A DNA stretch of 64,000 nt, taken from the NCBI RefSeq assembly GCF_009914755.1, contig NC_060947.1; one strand, given 5' to 3'. The notes beneath the pieces are model-generated. The model made no database searches. It had not been told where the DNA came from and saw nothing but the letters and a program-made list of their open reading frames with translations. The translations under genes and the position numbers were made by a program. Shown here one piece after another: positions 50,681-63,924 of the stretch. Each line of letters begins with the position of its first letter. Positions within the stretch are counted from its first letter, which is position 1. Source of the stretch: the human T2T-CHM13v2.0 reference genome, Homo sapiens.

Positions 50681-52137
50681 ATATCTTATTTTTACATTGC
50701 TATTGTAAATGGGATTAACTTCTTTATTTGGTTCTCAGCTTCATTGTTATTGGCATATAGAAATGCAACTGATTTTTGTACATAAATTTTGTATCCTGAA
50801 ACTTCCCTGAAGTCATTTATCAAATCTGGAATCTTTGGGGGAGTCTTTAGGGTTTTCTAAGTGATATTGGCTTCATAGAATGAAGCAGGGAGAATTCCTT
50901 CCTCAATTTTTTGGAACAGTTTCAGCAGGATTGGTACCAGTTCTTATTTATATATCTGGTAGAATCCGGCTGTGACTCTGTCTGGTCCTGGGCTTTTTCC
51001 TGTTGTTGGGAGATTTTTTTTAATCATTGATTCCATTTGACTATTCTTTATTGGTCTGTTCAGTATTTCTATTTTTTCTGGTTCAATCTTCGGAGATTGT
51101 GTATTTCCAGGAATTTGTACATTTCCTCTAAGTTTTCTAGTTCATGTGCATAGAGATCCTCATAGTAGTCTCTGTTGATGTTTTGTATTTCTGTAGTATC
51201 AGTTGTAGTGTCATCATTGTCATCATTACTGATTGTGCATATTTGAATCGTCCCTTTTTCCTTTGTTAATCTAGCCAGCAGTCTATAAGATTTGTCTTTT
51301 CAAAGAAGCAACTTTTCATATCATTGATAATTCATATTGTTTTCTTGGTTTCAATTTCATTTAATTCCGCTCTGATATTTGTTATTTCTTTTATTCTGCT
51401 AGGTTTGGGTTTTTTTCTTTATTTTTCTAGTTCCTTGAGGTGTGACATTAGGTTGTTAATTTGAGATCTTTCTATCTTTTTGATGTAGGCATTTAATGAT
51501 ATAAAATTCCCTCTTTGCACTGCTTTTGCTGTATTTCAGAGGTTTGGCATGTTGTGTCTCTACTTTCATTCCTTTCAAAATTTTGTAAAATTTCCACCTT
51601 AATTTCATCATTGAGCCAACAATCGTTTTGAAGAAGGTTGTTTAATTTCCTTCTATTTGTATAGTTTTGAGAGTTCCTCTTGATTGATTTCTAGTTTTTT
51701 TCCACTGTGATCTGAGAAGGTACTTGATATGATTTCAGGTTTTTTTAAATTTATTGAGACTTGCTTTGAGGCCTAGTGTATGGTCTATTTTGGAGAATGT
51801 TCCATGCACAGATTAAAAGAATGTATATTCTGCAGTTGTTGAGTAGAATGTTTGGTAAATGTCTGTTAGGTTCATTTAGTCTAGAGTCCAGTTTAAGTCC
51901 AGAATTTCTTTGTTGGTTTTCCGTCTCAGTAATATCTCCAGTGTTGTCAGTGGGGTATTTAAATGCCCCACTATTATTGTACTGCTGTCTTTCATTTATT
52001 TTAGGTCTAGTAGTATTAGTTTTATGAATCTGGATGCTCTGGTGTTGGGTGCACATATTTATGATTTTATAGCTTCTTGTTGAATTGATCTTTTTGTCAT
52101 TATACGATGATATTATTTGTCTTTTTGTACTGTTGTT

Positions 52138-52440
<303 letters not shown>

Positions 52441-55400
52441 TGTACTGTTGTTAATTTAATGTATGTTTTATCTGATGTAGGTATAGCTACTCCCGCTTGT
52501 TTTTGGTCTCCATTTGCGTGGAATATCTTTTTCTACCCCTTTACTTTGAGTCTGTAAATATATTTACCATTTAGGTGTGTTTCTTGTAAGCAACCTGTGG
52601 TTACTTATTGGTTTTTTTATCCATTTCTCCAGTCTGTATCTTTTAAATGGAGCATTTAGTCCATTTACATTCAAGGTTAATATTGATATGTGAGATTTTA
52701 TTCCTGTCATAATGTTAATTGTTACCTAGTTGCTTTGTAGTCTTAATTGTATCATTGCTTTATAAGACCTGTGAGTTTTATACTTTGAGGTATTTTTTAT
52801 AGTATCACTCTTTCATTTCCATGTTTAAAACTTCTTTGAGCATTTCTTGCAGAACTAGCCTATTGGTGACAAATTCCCTTCGCATTTTCCTGTCTGGGAA
52901 AGAATTTATTTCTCCTTCATTTATAAAGTTTAGTTTATCAGCATGCAAAATTCTTGGCTGAAAGGTTTTTTTTTTTTCTTTAAAATACTGAACATAGGAC
53001 CCCAGTTTCATCTGGCTTCTTAGGTCTCTTCTGAGGATTTTGCTGTTAGTCTGATGGGATTTTTTTAATAGGTGATTAGATGCTTCTTTCTTGCTGCTTT
53101 TAGGATTTTTAACTGCATATCGACTTTTGATAGTCTGATGACTGTATGTCTCAGTGAAGTTCGTCTTGCAAAGTATCGTATTATCTGAGCCTCTTGTATC
53201 TGGATGTCTACATCTCTAGCAAAATCATGGAAGTTTTCTGAATTACTTTCTAAAATCGGTTTTTCAGACTTTTACTCTTTTAGCTTCTGCCTCAGCAATA
53301 CCTGCAACTCAGAGGTTTGGTTGCTTTACAAAATCCCATATTTCTCAAAATCTTAGTCCATTTTAACTTTTTTTCTTCATTTTTGTCTCACTGGGTCAAT
53401 TCAAAAGACCCATCTTCAAGTTCTGCAATTCTTTCTTCTGCTTGGTCAGTTGTTAAAGCTTTCAGCCATATTTTTTAATTTCTTCAGTGAACTTATTTCC
53501 AGAAGTTCTATTTGGTTTCTTTTTAAAATAACTGTCTCTTCAGTAAATTTTTCATTCATATTCTGAATTGGTTTTCTGATTTCCTTGTGTTGGTTTTCAA
53601 CTTTCTCTTGCATCTCATTGAGTTTCCTTACAATCCATATCTTGAATTATTTATCTGTCATTTCAGAATTTTCATTTTGGTTAGGGTCCATTGCTAGAGA
53701 GCTAGTGTGATCCTTTGAGGGTGTCAAAACATTCTTTTTACTCATACTGCCAGAGTTCTTATGCTGGTTTTATCTCATTTGGAGAAACTGTCACTTCTTA
53801 TTTTAAAATTTACTTTTGTTTCACTAGTACCCCTTGAGGGTGGGGTTGTAGTCTATGTTCGGTAGGCTCATTTGGCTTTGCTTCTGGGTGCTTTCAGGAA
53901 GCCAAGAGTCTGTATGAATTCTTTGGTTATTGATAACCTTAGTGTGGTGGTTTTTTTCAAATGCTGCTTACTTATAGGTTATAGTAGTGGTGAACTGAGT
54001 TTGTATGCAAGCTCGATTTCTCCTGCAGAGACAGGGAGGGGAAAGTCTCAGGAAGCTTATCTCATTCCCTGATGCTGTGCATTTCCTTCAGCAGGTGTTT
54101 TATTGGGTTGTGCAGGTGTGTTTTATTGGGTTGGCCACCTACTTGGCCAGTAGGTGGCGCTTCCAGGAGGGACACAGCTGTGTTGGTGGCAGTGGGACTT
54201 AGGCTTGGCCTTTGTTAATCAGGAGAAGTACTTGGATGTCCCAGGCAATAGGTGGGGCTGTGGAACTCCAAACGTTCCCCATTCGGTGCTCTGGCACCAA
54301 CACAGGTGGAGGGGGCAAGACTGGGCCTAGCTGGGTTGAACAAACCAATATCTAGGCTCACTAATGGCAGGCGCAAGTGTTGACCCCAGCATGAGTAGCA
54401 GGCAGCTCTCAGGCTGCTAGGGCAAATGTCCAGGGAGAGGCACAGGTGCATCTCCTACACGAAGGAGCCCACACAAGGATAAGGGCGGTCCCGAATCCAC
54501 AGGCCAACAGGCAGCAGGGGGACCAACCCAGATCCCATGTCTCTGACTCAGGGAGTTCCCCTGTGGTGTCCAGCAGCAGGCCCAGTCCCAAGCAGTGTGT
54601 GTTCAGATCACAAAGCCACCCCAGGACAGGAGACTCCCTTCCCAGGGCAGAAACTGAGGCTCTCAGACCACGCTCTTCCTGGTCCAGTCCCACAAAGGGA
54701 AGGGCACCCAGCTCCTGCATCACAGGATGAAACCATGCTACACTCTCCTGTCATTTCTTACCTTTTGGAGTTCTGTACCCACTCCAGACGAGGTCACAAA
54801 TCTCATCCCCATTCCCCTGGACATCATGCTCAAGTCGTGGGAGGATGGGAGTAGGCCAGTGGACTTGCCCTCAGACACTCAGACTCAAGTACTATCTTCA
54901 ATAGGGATAGGTGGGCTGGTCCAAGGCCACTAGTGGAACACTAGGGTGGGGCAATGGTAGCTGCACTGTGGGCCTGCCACCAGGAAGGTCAGGCCCCTCT
55001 TCATGGGAATGGCCATGCAGGCAGGTTTGGGGGAGGCTAGAACATGTGTGGCACATGGTCCAAATGCTCTGTGGTCCCACAAGAGCCCACAGCAGTGGTG
55101 GTGGAACTTGTCCTTGGGGCACATGTGAGCACTGGGCCTCCCTGTTCCCTACCTGGCCTGGTAGCAGGCGGCAGCAGCAGCAGTGGCCTCACTGCAAGAT
55201 GCAGAGCCTTGGGGGATGAGCTCCAAGAATGGCACTATGCTGCAGCTGCCCAGTGATTAGAAGCCTATGGGACTGGAGCAGTACCTGTGCATAATCTCCA
55301 GGCAACTACCTATACCAGTGTGGAGGTCTGAGGGGATTGAGGACCTCTCCTGTAGTTTGTATTGTAAATGTCCATGGCAAGAATGAGGAGCTCAGTGCGG

Positions 55401-55679
55401 GGCGGGGTGGGGGGTGCGGGACGGGGAGGGCGGTCTCCCACTTAACCCTTTCTTGGGTCCACAGGCTGCTCCTGGCTTCCAGCGACCCTGAGCAGACAGC
55501 CCTTCTTTTCCTTCCTTCACCCTCGGTGTCTCCTGTTGCTTCTCTTGAATTTCTCGTGTCGTTTCTCAGACAGTCCATTCAATGTGTAAATATCTATTCA
55601 ATATTTTGGTTTCTCTCTTTGGAAGAGGCATGCCCCAGGTGCATCTAGTCAGCCATCTTGAGCCTCTTCCACCTTTTTA

Positions 55680-56357
55680 AATTTTTTTAATTTTAAATTT
55701 TTGTGTTGGTTTTGTTTTACTTCATTTTTATTTTTAACTGACAAACAATAATTGTATATATTTATGGGATATAATGTGATTTTTTATATATGTATACATT
55801 ATGGAATGATTATATCAAGCTAATTAACATTTATCACCTCACATACTTATCACTCTTTTGTAATGAGAACATTTAAGATCTATTCTTTTAGGAATTTGAA
55901 ATATACATTATTAACAAGGGCTAATAATATATTAATAATCATGCTGTGCAATAGATCTCATAAAGTCTTTCCTCCTTTCTAACTAAATCTTTGTATCCTT
56001 TAGTCACTTCTCTCCATTCCCCACCCCAATGCCCCGTCTCCCAACCTCTGGTAACCACCCTTGTACTCTCTTCTCTTATGAGTTTAAATTTTTTAGATTC
56101 TGCATGTAAGTGGGATCATGCAGTATTTGTCTTTCTGTGCCTGGCTTATGCCACTTAATGTAATGTCCTTCAGATTCATCCATATTGTTACAAATGACAG
56201 GACTTTCTTCTTCCTTAAGATTGAGTAATATTTTATTGTGAACATATTCTTTATCCATTCATCTGTTAATAGACCCTTAAGTTGCTTCTATATTTTGATT
56301 ATTGTGACTAGTACTGCAATAAACATGCAAGCACAGAAATCTCTTTAACATACTGAT
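55680..56357 (-). mobile_element. L1MA 3' fragment
   Basis: aataattgtatatatttatggg...atcaagctaattaaca...ctctggtaaccacc. Confidence 0.85.
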
Positions 56358-56482
56358 GAAACCCTGTGGTTCTAATCTTATGTGCCTTTAGAAGTTATAT
56401 AGCCAAACTCATTACAAAGGTATCTAACAGTGCCACTGAGTGAGTTTCTCATCAAAAAAAATGTATAAACGTAAATATATGC

Positions 56483-57070
56483 TGTGGTGGACAGACCTTG
56501 AGGTGGCTTCCATGATTCCTACCCCACGGTGACCAAGCCTTTTTGTAATCCCCTCCTGAGTATAAGCAGAACTTGTTTCTAAACAACAGACTATGGCAAA
56601 TACGATGAGATGTCACTCCCTTGATTAGGTTACATTATCTGGCATAGTGAAGGGATTTTGTAGATATAATTAAGGATTATAAATTAAATCAATTGATTTT
56701 GACCTATCAAAAGAAAGATTATCCGGGTGGGTCTGTCTTAATGAGAAGAAATCCCACTGGGCCCTCCCTGAGGTTAAAGACTCTCTCTCCAATGCTGGCT
56801 TTGAATAAGTAAGCGGCCATGTTGTGAGAGGGTCTATAGTAAGGACCATGTGGCCAGAAACTACTGGAGGTCTCTAGAACCTAAGGGCAGCCAACAGCTG
56901 ACAGCCAGCAAAAAGCTGGGGCCCTCAGTCTTACAGCTGTAAGAAAATGAACTTATCCAACAACTTGAAAAACTTGGAAGCAGGTTTTCAGTCAATCTGG
57001 TGATGAGCCACAGTCATAGCTGACACCGTGATTGCAGCCTTGTGAGACCCTGAGCAGAGAACTCAGCTAA
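56483..57070 (+). mobile_element. MaLR LTR, MLT1E/F-like
   Basis: tgtggtggacag...gattaggttaca...gacagccagcaaaaagctggggccctcagtc...gtgagaccctgagcagaga. Confidence 0.8.
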
Positions 57071-57499
57071 TTAGAAACATCTGGCCTGACACAAAATCCA
57101 CCATCTCCCCTGACTCCACGTTTTATATGGGAGTGCCAAAGGGCTGTTTTATGTGAGATCATGCAAATGCTCTGTCAGTGAATACAAAGTGTCTTCCAAG
57201 TTTTCCCCTTCTTGCTTTGGTCCACTTTAATGGCATCTCACCCTAGGCCCAAGATGCTTATTATGTTATATGAACACATATAAGCCACATTTACCAGTGT
57301 TATCTCCTAATGCTGGTGTTGATACCAATCAAAGTGATCAAAATTGGCATTGTGTGAATGACACAATGAAGAGTGTGTAGCTGGAGGCCCCACCTGATTC
57401 CCAAAGGAGTGCAACCTTATACAAATCAACATTGGTTCTTAGTACTATTCTTGCTTTAGAACTCAGTTTCTGATCCATGAAGATTGCCTAAAGCTTTGT

Positions 57500-57620
57500 C
57501 CCCAGTAACATCAGCATCACACAGGAGTTCGTTAGAAATGCAGACTCTCAGGCCACACTCTGGACCTACAGGATCAGAGCCCAGATTTTAACAAGTGATA
57601 TGTATACACATTAAGATCTG
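57500..57620. mobile_element. MER5A fragment
   Basis: catcagcatcac...gttagaaatgcagactctcaggcc...ttttaacaag. Confidence 0.7.
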
Positions 57621-57647
57621 GAAAAAATGGAGCTAAGAAACCAATAC

Positions 57648-57848
57648 CTGAGATATATTAACATCTTCTAAATCTTTCACAAATATAAAAGCTGCTGCAA
57701 ACTGTACTCTCCCTATCACTTTAAATCATCCCTACATCTTCCAGAATTTCACAAACACCCCTTTTGAAACAAACTTGCATTTCATTTTTCACTACACAAG
57801 GTATTACTAGAAGCTATTGAGTTTTTCACTATGATCAGCCCTTCGTAT
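57648..57848 (-). pseudogene. Fossil exon (dynein AAA3 core including Walker B)
   Basis: tttatgctag| ... CAG|gtattg. Reads NTLCSEK*NASLFQKGVCEILED, frameshift, AAAFIFVKDLED; compare INFSAQTSANQTQDIIESKLDK ... LVVFIDDLN. Confidence 0.6.
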
Positions 57849-58279
57849 CTAGCATAAAACTGGACATATTACCTCCCATTATAAGTGCAAAACCATTTTT
57901 ATATCTCTTTAAATTCCTATTAAGAAGATTTAAAGTGTGAATACATTTTAATCCAGCAATTATACTTCAAGGAATTTATCCTGAAGATATACTCTCACAA
58001 GTGCAAAAGGGCAGATGTTCTAGGATGTTCACTGCAGTGCACTGATAATAGTACTGACATCTAAATATATAAATGTCCATCAATCAGGAACTAGTTAACA
58101 TAACTTACGATATAGCCATATAATCTGCACTTTCACAAACTATGAAGAAAATATGCTTGTGTCTGATAAGGAAAGATATCTAATAAATATTTAAAGGGTA
58201 AAAAGTAAGTTATAAACTTATGTGCTATTATTTGAGTGCATAAGTTATATATTTAAATGTATGTATCTGCATGTGTATA

Positions 58280-59115
58280 ATTTTGTATACCTTGAAACTC
58301 TGTAGTTGGCATTATATGTTGGCTTATCTGATATTTATTTTCAACTCTCTTTTCCCCTATCTTCCTCTTCTGTGGAGGCTCTAAAAGGTAAGAACCTGAT
58401 TTCCCAGACAGTCTTCCAGCTAGGATTGACCATGTCAAACCTCTCTGGCTAATGATGTGTTATCGAAAGTCTAGCATTACAGCCTCTTCCCCTTCTTTTA
58501 CCCTGCCTGTAATGCAGGGTGAAAACTGGAGGTATAGCAGCCAACTGGTGACCATGAAGCGGCAAATATGAGGCCTAGAACCAACATGCTAGCGTGAGGG
58601 GAAAAAGCAATGTGTGGTTGGGCGCAGTGGTTCACGCCTGTCATCCTAGCACTTTGGGAGGCCGAGGCAGGTGGATCACCTGAGGTCAGGAGTTCAAGAC
58701 CAGCCTGGCCAACCTGGTGAAACCCTGTCTCTACTACTAAAAAAAAAAAAAAAAAAAAATTAGGTGGGCATGGTGGTGGGCGCCTGTAATCCCAGCTACT
58801 CAGGAGGCTGAGGCAAGAGAATCACTTGAACTCAGGAGGCGGAGGTTGCTGTAAGCCGAGATGGCGCCATTGCACTCCAGCCTGGGCGACAGAGCGAGAC
58901 TCCGTCTCAAAGGAAAAAACAAAAACAAAAACAAAAACAATGTGCTGGAGTCTCTCATGGCATCCTAGGTCAACAACAGTAGCGCTGGGATGCCTACCTC
59001 TGTGTTTTTTTCAATGAAAGGTAATTAAATCCCTAGATATTTAAGCCACTACATGGAGGTTTTTGGTGGTGGTGGTGATGATGATGATTATAATGAAACT
59101 AATTTCTAATGGCTA
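58280..59115 (+). mobile_element. Old ERVL/MaLR LTR (MLT1J/K- or LTR33-like) split by an Alu
   Basis: atttcccagac...ctagg...gaccatgt; tttaagccact. Confidence 0.5.
58616..58938 (+). mobile_element. AluSx
   Basis: Full dimer with an (AAAAAC)n tail. Confidence 0.96.
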
Positions 59116-59402
59116 CAAGTGTGAATTTTGAAGAATGGGATAAGAGGCAGAGGAAGTACTTCTATTTTTTAAAATGTTTACTCTTTTGTAATGTTTGACA
59201 TTTTATTCAAAGAAAATGACACATACACAAAATGACTGACTTTAAATTTCTGGTATTTATTCAATATGGATAATATGAGAAAAAGTTGAATGTGTCCTCC
59301 CATAACAGAGTGGTTGCTAAAAGCACAAATATAATTACGTTAGTGATTATACAACTTAGTTGACAAATGAGTGCTCCTCTCAGGGAAAGAAGGTAATTTC
59401 AC

Positions 59403-59542
59403 CTCTCTTGTTTTAAAGGAAGTTAGTTAACTATTCCAATTTGTAGAATAATGGTAATGATGGGGCTTCATATGGTTGAATGATAATGCCCTTCCCCTTT
59501 TTGTTCTTTTTGCGACGTTTGAAGAAAAATGAAAATAGGGCC
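59403..59542 (-). pseudogene. Fossil exon (segment preceding the dynein AAA3 P-loop)
   Basis: catttcttcttttag| ... GAG|gtgaaa. Reads GIIIQPYEAPSLPLFYKLE*LTNFL*NKR, similar to IIVPTVDTVRYSYLLELLLKNKR. Confidence 0.55.
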
Positions 59543-59619
59543 CTAAAAGAAGAAATGAACTAAGTATCTAGGGGATTTTTCTTCATGAAGCCTTTTTTTC
59601 TCAAGCGGTAGCTACAGGT

Positions 59620-60170
59620 TGTGTTCCTGTATAGGAAAGGGTTAAGTCTGCATGTCTGGATTGCTCAAACTCTACACATTCCCATGAAAGGCCAGATTTT
59701 AGGGTCAGCCCTTGGCTGGCTCTTGGGAGCTGAGCTCTGAGTTCTTGGAATGTTCTGCCTGTACCAGTCTGACTAGGTAGTTTATGCTAACGATGTGATT
59801 TATTTTTGCTGTTTTTGCTCTGGGGGTCAGGAGTCTGAGTAGGTGACATCAGTCATGTATGCCTATATGATTGACCCCAATAAAAACCCTGGACAAAAAA
59901 GCTTGGAGGAGCTTCCCTGATTGGTATGTGTTGTCCCACTTTATTGTTGGGCGAATTAAGTGCATCCTGCATAGCTCCCCTGGGAAGGACACTTGGAAGC
60001 TTGTGCCTGGTTTCTCCTGGACTTCACCCCATGGAAGTTCTCCTTTTGCTGATTTTAATCTGTTTCATTTTGCTATAATACACCATAACTGTGCATATAA
60101 ATGCTTCTGAGTCCTATGAGTCCTCTAGCAAATAATCTAGCACAAGGGTGGACGTGGGGACCCCTGAGAT
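59620..60170 (+). mobile_element. ERVL LTR, MER77/MER21C-like
   Basis: ggaaagggttaag...ccccaataaaaaccctggac...ggaagcttgtgcctggtttctcctggac...ggggacccc. Confidence 0.75.
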
Positions 60171-60176
60171 AGTTAC

Positions 60177-60300
60177 CTAAAGTTAAATAGCAAGAGCTGT
60201 AAATAACTAATAAGTTGTTTGATGCTAATTGTGAAGCTATAAGTATCCCCTCAAAAGATCCTTTTCTTCCAGAAAATGGATTGAGATATGAAGGCATACT
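60177..60300 (-). pseudogene. Fossil exon (dynein AAA2 lid region)
   Basis: acattttctcag| ... TAG|gtaact. Open frame SMPSYLNPFSGRKGSFEGILIASQLASNNLLVIYSSCYLTLG; FEGILIASQLAS resembles dynein LEGLFLFSLIWS. Confidence 0.6.
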
Positions 60301-60795
60301 CTGAGAAAATGTATAAATAAGTGTGAAGTAGAAATAGAAATCCCTGCAACTAATGATTATTGAGATTGATATGAATTATGTTTTCTAATATTTTGGTTTA
60401 ACTTTTTAATTAAAGCATTTAACTTGGCATTAGAGAAAATGATTGGATTGGAAAATACATTATTCCTGTAGTCAGTCATGTCAATGGGATGTAATAGAGA
60501 ATCTATAGTCAAGGTCACTAAAACAATAAGACAAAAGTATTCAGGGAGAAACACTCTCAAGAGGTAAAACTTTGTGCCTAAATGAAAAATAACTTCATAA
60601 ATAGTCTAAAAATATTTCATATGAATAAAGGCTTAGATATCTTTTAGTTTTGTGAATTATTTACCCTTCTGACAGCCCCTCTTTGATTTCTGTTCATAGA
60701 TTGTCACATCTGTTTTAAAATTATATACATTTAGCAAAAGAAAAGCAGCACAAAGATAATCTTAAAATATGGAATAATGTGAATATTAAATGTAC

Positions 60796-60892
60796 CTTCT
60801 CCTTAAGCTTAATAAAATTATTTACTTGTTTTGTTTATGATTTATTTAACTGGCCTTGTTCCAGAAAGTTTAGCAGTTGGCTAAAACATTTT
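60796..60892 (-). pseudogene. Fossil exon
   Basis: tttttccttcag| ... AAG|gtacat. Reads KCFSQLLNFLEQGQLNKS*TKQVNNFIKLKEK. Confidence 0.6.
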
Positions 60893-60987
60893 CTGAAGGA
60901 AAAATTCTATGTTTACTTAGAAAGTGAGGAAACTGAGACATAAGATTCCTTAATGAGACATATTAAAATTCCTGGAAAGAAGGTTAC

Positions 60988-61061
60988 CTTGTTTATAGTA
61001 AATTATATAAATAAATAATTTTTAACATATTTTGGGAGGCTGATATAAAACTATCAGAGGC
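60988..61061 (-). pseudogene. Fossil exon
   Basis: ttctttctag| ... AAG|gtaacc. Reads ASDSFISASQNMLKIIYLYNLL*TR and is in phase with the next exon across a 95-bp intron. Confidence 0.6.
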
Positions 61062-61104
61062 CTAGAAAGAATTATCTTGGAGGCTCAACACGTAGTGTCA
61101 TGGT

Positions 61105-62036
61105 GTACAGGAAAATCAAACTTTTTTTCTCTGTACTCACACTCAACACAGAACACTTCAATTTGGACACTAGATGTGTGAGGCTTTTTTTTTAATTTCA
61201 CATATCAAGTAGTTCTCTAATTATTTGCAGACACCAATTGATGTCATATAATTTCATTCAATTCTGACATTATCTACCTGAAGTTAGCGTAGACCCCACA
61301 GGTTAAGGACTCAGTCCCATGGGACTTGCCCCCACTTCAAATACCAGTCACAAATGGTGGGTCCTCAACTTCTGTCCAACTTGGCTACAAATTGGTGTTC
61401 CCACAATCCGCTTCTCAGATTCAGTCATTTGCTAGAATGGCTCACAGAACTCAGGGAAACACTTACTTGTGTTTACTGATTTATTAGAAAGGATATTACA
61501 AAAGATACAGATACACAGCAAGAGAAAGAGGTTGGAAGGGTCCCGAGTGCAAGAGCTTCTGTTCCTGTAGAGTTGGGATGTGCCACACCTCTGGCACATG
61601 AATGCGTTCACCACCCCAGAAGCTCTATGAGCCACTATACTTTTGAGATTTTTATGGTGATTTCATCAGATAGACATGATCAATTATTAACTTAGTCTCC
61701 AACTCCTCTCACCTCCCAGAAGAATAGGGAGTAGGGCTGAAAGTTCCAAGCTTCTAATCATGGATTGGTTTTTCTGGTGACCATCCCCATCCAGGATCTC
61801 ACCAAGAATGTGTCATTAGAACAAAAGATCCTCCTATCACCTAGGAAATTCCAGTGGATCCAGGAGCTCTCTTTTTGTGCCTCAGGAACCAGGGTCAAAA
61901 ACCAAATAGTAAAACAAAAGATGATCGTAGCATTCCTATTGCTTAGGAAATTACAAGAGTTTTAGAAGATCTGTGTCAGGAACTGAGGGGCAGACACCTA
62001 TATATATATATATATTTTTTTTTTTTTTATTTCACA
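61105..62036 (-). mobile_element. MER21A/B-like LTR
   Basis: caattctgaca...ctacctgaag...ccacaggttaaggactcagtccca...ctcacagaactcagggaaacac...ggaaattacaag. Confidence 0.85.
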
Positions 62037-62458
62037 CATGATATATGTAGACCTTCATCAGTTCATTTCTTCATTGAATATTTCTTCAGTTCCAGTTGTG
62101 TGCCGAATCCTGTTCTAGCATTAAAGATACCAATAAAACTATTTTTCTTCGTGGAATTTATATTCTATTAGAGGAAACAGCTGGTGAATAACTCCACAAG
62201 TAAAACATTCTATATATCGGATAGTGCAAAGTGCTATCTAGAAAAATAAAGCAAGAAAGACGTTTCAGGACGTAGGCCCTGTGTTTTACAAATTTAAATA
62301 GCATGAGAGTAGACTCAGTTACGCTGATGTATATGTGTATACTTGCTTGGTAAGGTTATCAAAACCACATTTGTAGAATCACTTTAAAACTAACTTGAAA
62401 TTATGACACATAGTAAAATTGTATCATGTTAGATCAAGTTTGGTATAATATGATTTAC

Positions 62459-63128
62459 CAGTAGAATATGTAATACAAGAATAAAGTGAAAGAAACAGAT
62501 TTGGTAGAAGGGAGGTTGCTATGGTTTGAATGTTTGTGTCTTCTCCAAAATTCATGTTGAAACTTAATCCCAAAGGCAACAGTATTATGAGGTGGGACCT
62601 TTAGGAGATGCTTAGGCCATAAAAGCTCTACCCACATGGATGGGATTAGAGCCCTTATAAAAGGGTTTGAGGGACAGAGTTTGCCCCTTCCATCACTTTT
62701 GCCCTTCCATCTCTTCCACAATGTGGACAACATTCATCTTCTCTGGAGGACGCAGCAAAAATGGTGCCATCTTAGAAGCAGAGACTGGCCCCTCACCAGA
62801 CACCAAACCTTCCAGAGCCTTGATCTTGGACTTCCCGCCTCCAGACCTGTGAGAAATAAATGTCTGTTGTTTATAAATTATCCAATCTCAGGTATTTTGT
62901 TTAGAGTAGCACACGTGGACTAAGAGGTAGAGAAGTAGTATTTGTTAGAATGATAAGCTTTTTATGTGGTGATTTGTACTGAAATAACATAAAAATGTCT
63001 CTTTTTAAATCAGAGGAATGTCTACACATATATCCTCAAATAACAACTAGCTTGCAACTGAATAATTTGAGGGGCAAAGTACTTCATATCAAATTGTGAT
63101 AAATGGACCAACCTACATTGTTATTCAA
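62459..63128 (-). pseudogene. Fossil exon interrupted by a MaLR LTR (62517-62923)
   Basis: Acceptor cctctttttcag| at 63128, donor CTG|gtaaat at 62459. Removing the LTR and one GAGGT TSD gives 258 bp (86 codons) with only 2 TGA stops in one frame. Confidence 0.45.
62517..62923 (+). mobile_element. MaLR LTR, MSTD/MLT1A-like
   Basis: tgctatggtttgaatg...gtgagaaataaat...ggactaa; TSD GAGGT at 62512-62516 and 62924-62928. Confidence 0.9.
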
Positions 63129-63151
63129 CTGAAAAAGAGGAATGCATATCT

Positions 63152-63709
63152 TTGGTAGGCTGCCTTCTAAAATGGTTCCTCTCTCATCTCCTAGAATTTT
63201 CACTTTTGTCTAACTTTTTCCCTTTGGTATGAACTGAACCTAGTTATTATGACAAATAGAGAACAGCAAAAACAATGGCATGTGACTTCTAAACTTAGGT
63301 TACAAAACTGACTTCTGTCTTGCTGACACTCTCACTTCTCTTTCACTTGCTCACTTTGAGAAAGCAAGCTGCCATCTTGTGAGCTGTACTGTAGAAAAGA
63401 ATATGTGGCAAGGAACTGAGGGTGGTCTCTGACCAATATCCTGCAAGGAATTGAGACCATCAGTTCAACAGCCTGCAAGGAAATTAATCATGCAAACGAC
63501 TACTGATTCAGCTTGGAAGTGGATTCTGCTCTTGAGAGACTATGGCCCCAGCTGAACCTTAATTGCAGCCATGTGAGAGTCTGAGCTGGAGGACCCAACT
63601 AAGCGGTTCCTGGATTCCTGACACACAAAAGTAGGAGATAATAAATATTGTCATTTTCAAGTCACTGTGTTTGGGGAAAATTTCAAAGGCGCAATAGGTA
63701 ACTAAGACA
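63152..63709 (+). mobile_element. MaLR LTR, MLT1F-like
   Basis: tggtaggctgccttctaaaatgg...gtggcaaggaactgagg...aataggtaactaagaca. Confidence 0.85.
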
Positions 63710-63827
63710 TGATTGTTCTCCTAGATTTCTAAGGCAACACATATGTTATCACACCTAAAACTTTAATGTGGTATGTGTGCTGGCTATTACAGTGGTTCAA
63801 ATGATTATGTAATTTAAGAGTGCTCAC

Positions 63828-63924
63828 GATATTGGTATGTACACAGTTGATCAATTAGAACCTGTTGCTCCCACTAAATGATCCAGTCACGATTGGAATA
63901 TTAACAGTTTTAAGGTTTAAAATA
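63828..63924 (-). pseudogene. Fossil exon (dynein AAA2 C-terminal part)
   Basis: Acceptor cttacattttag|, donor |gtgagc. One frame reads NRDWII*WEQQVLIDQLCTYQY and splices into LE*QCRLVHLS, resembling FEV.DL..ASPATVSRCGMVYM. Confidence 0.5.

Noticed and set aside
54005-55648. Dense overlapping ORFs in a GC-rich block as a gene or CpG-island promoter
   Set aside because: It is the 5'UTR of the L1PB element; the ORFs reflect GC content.
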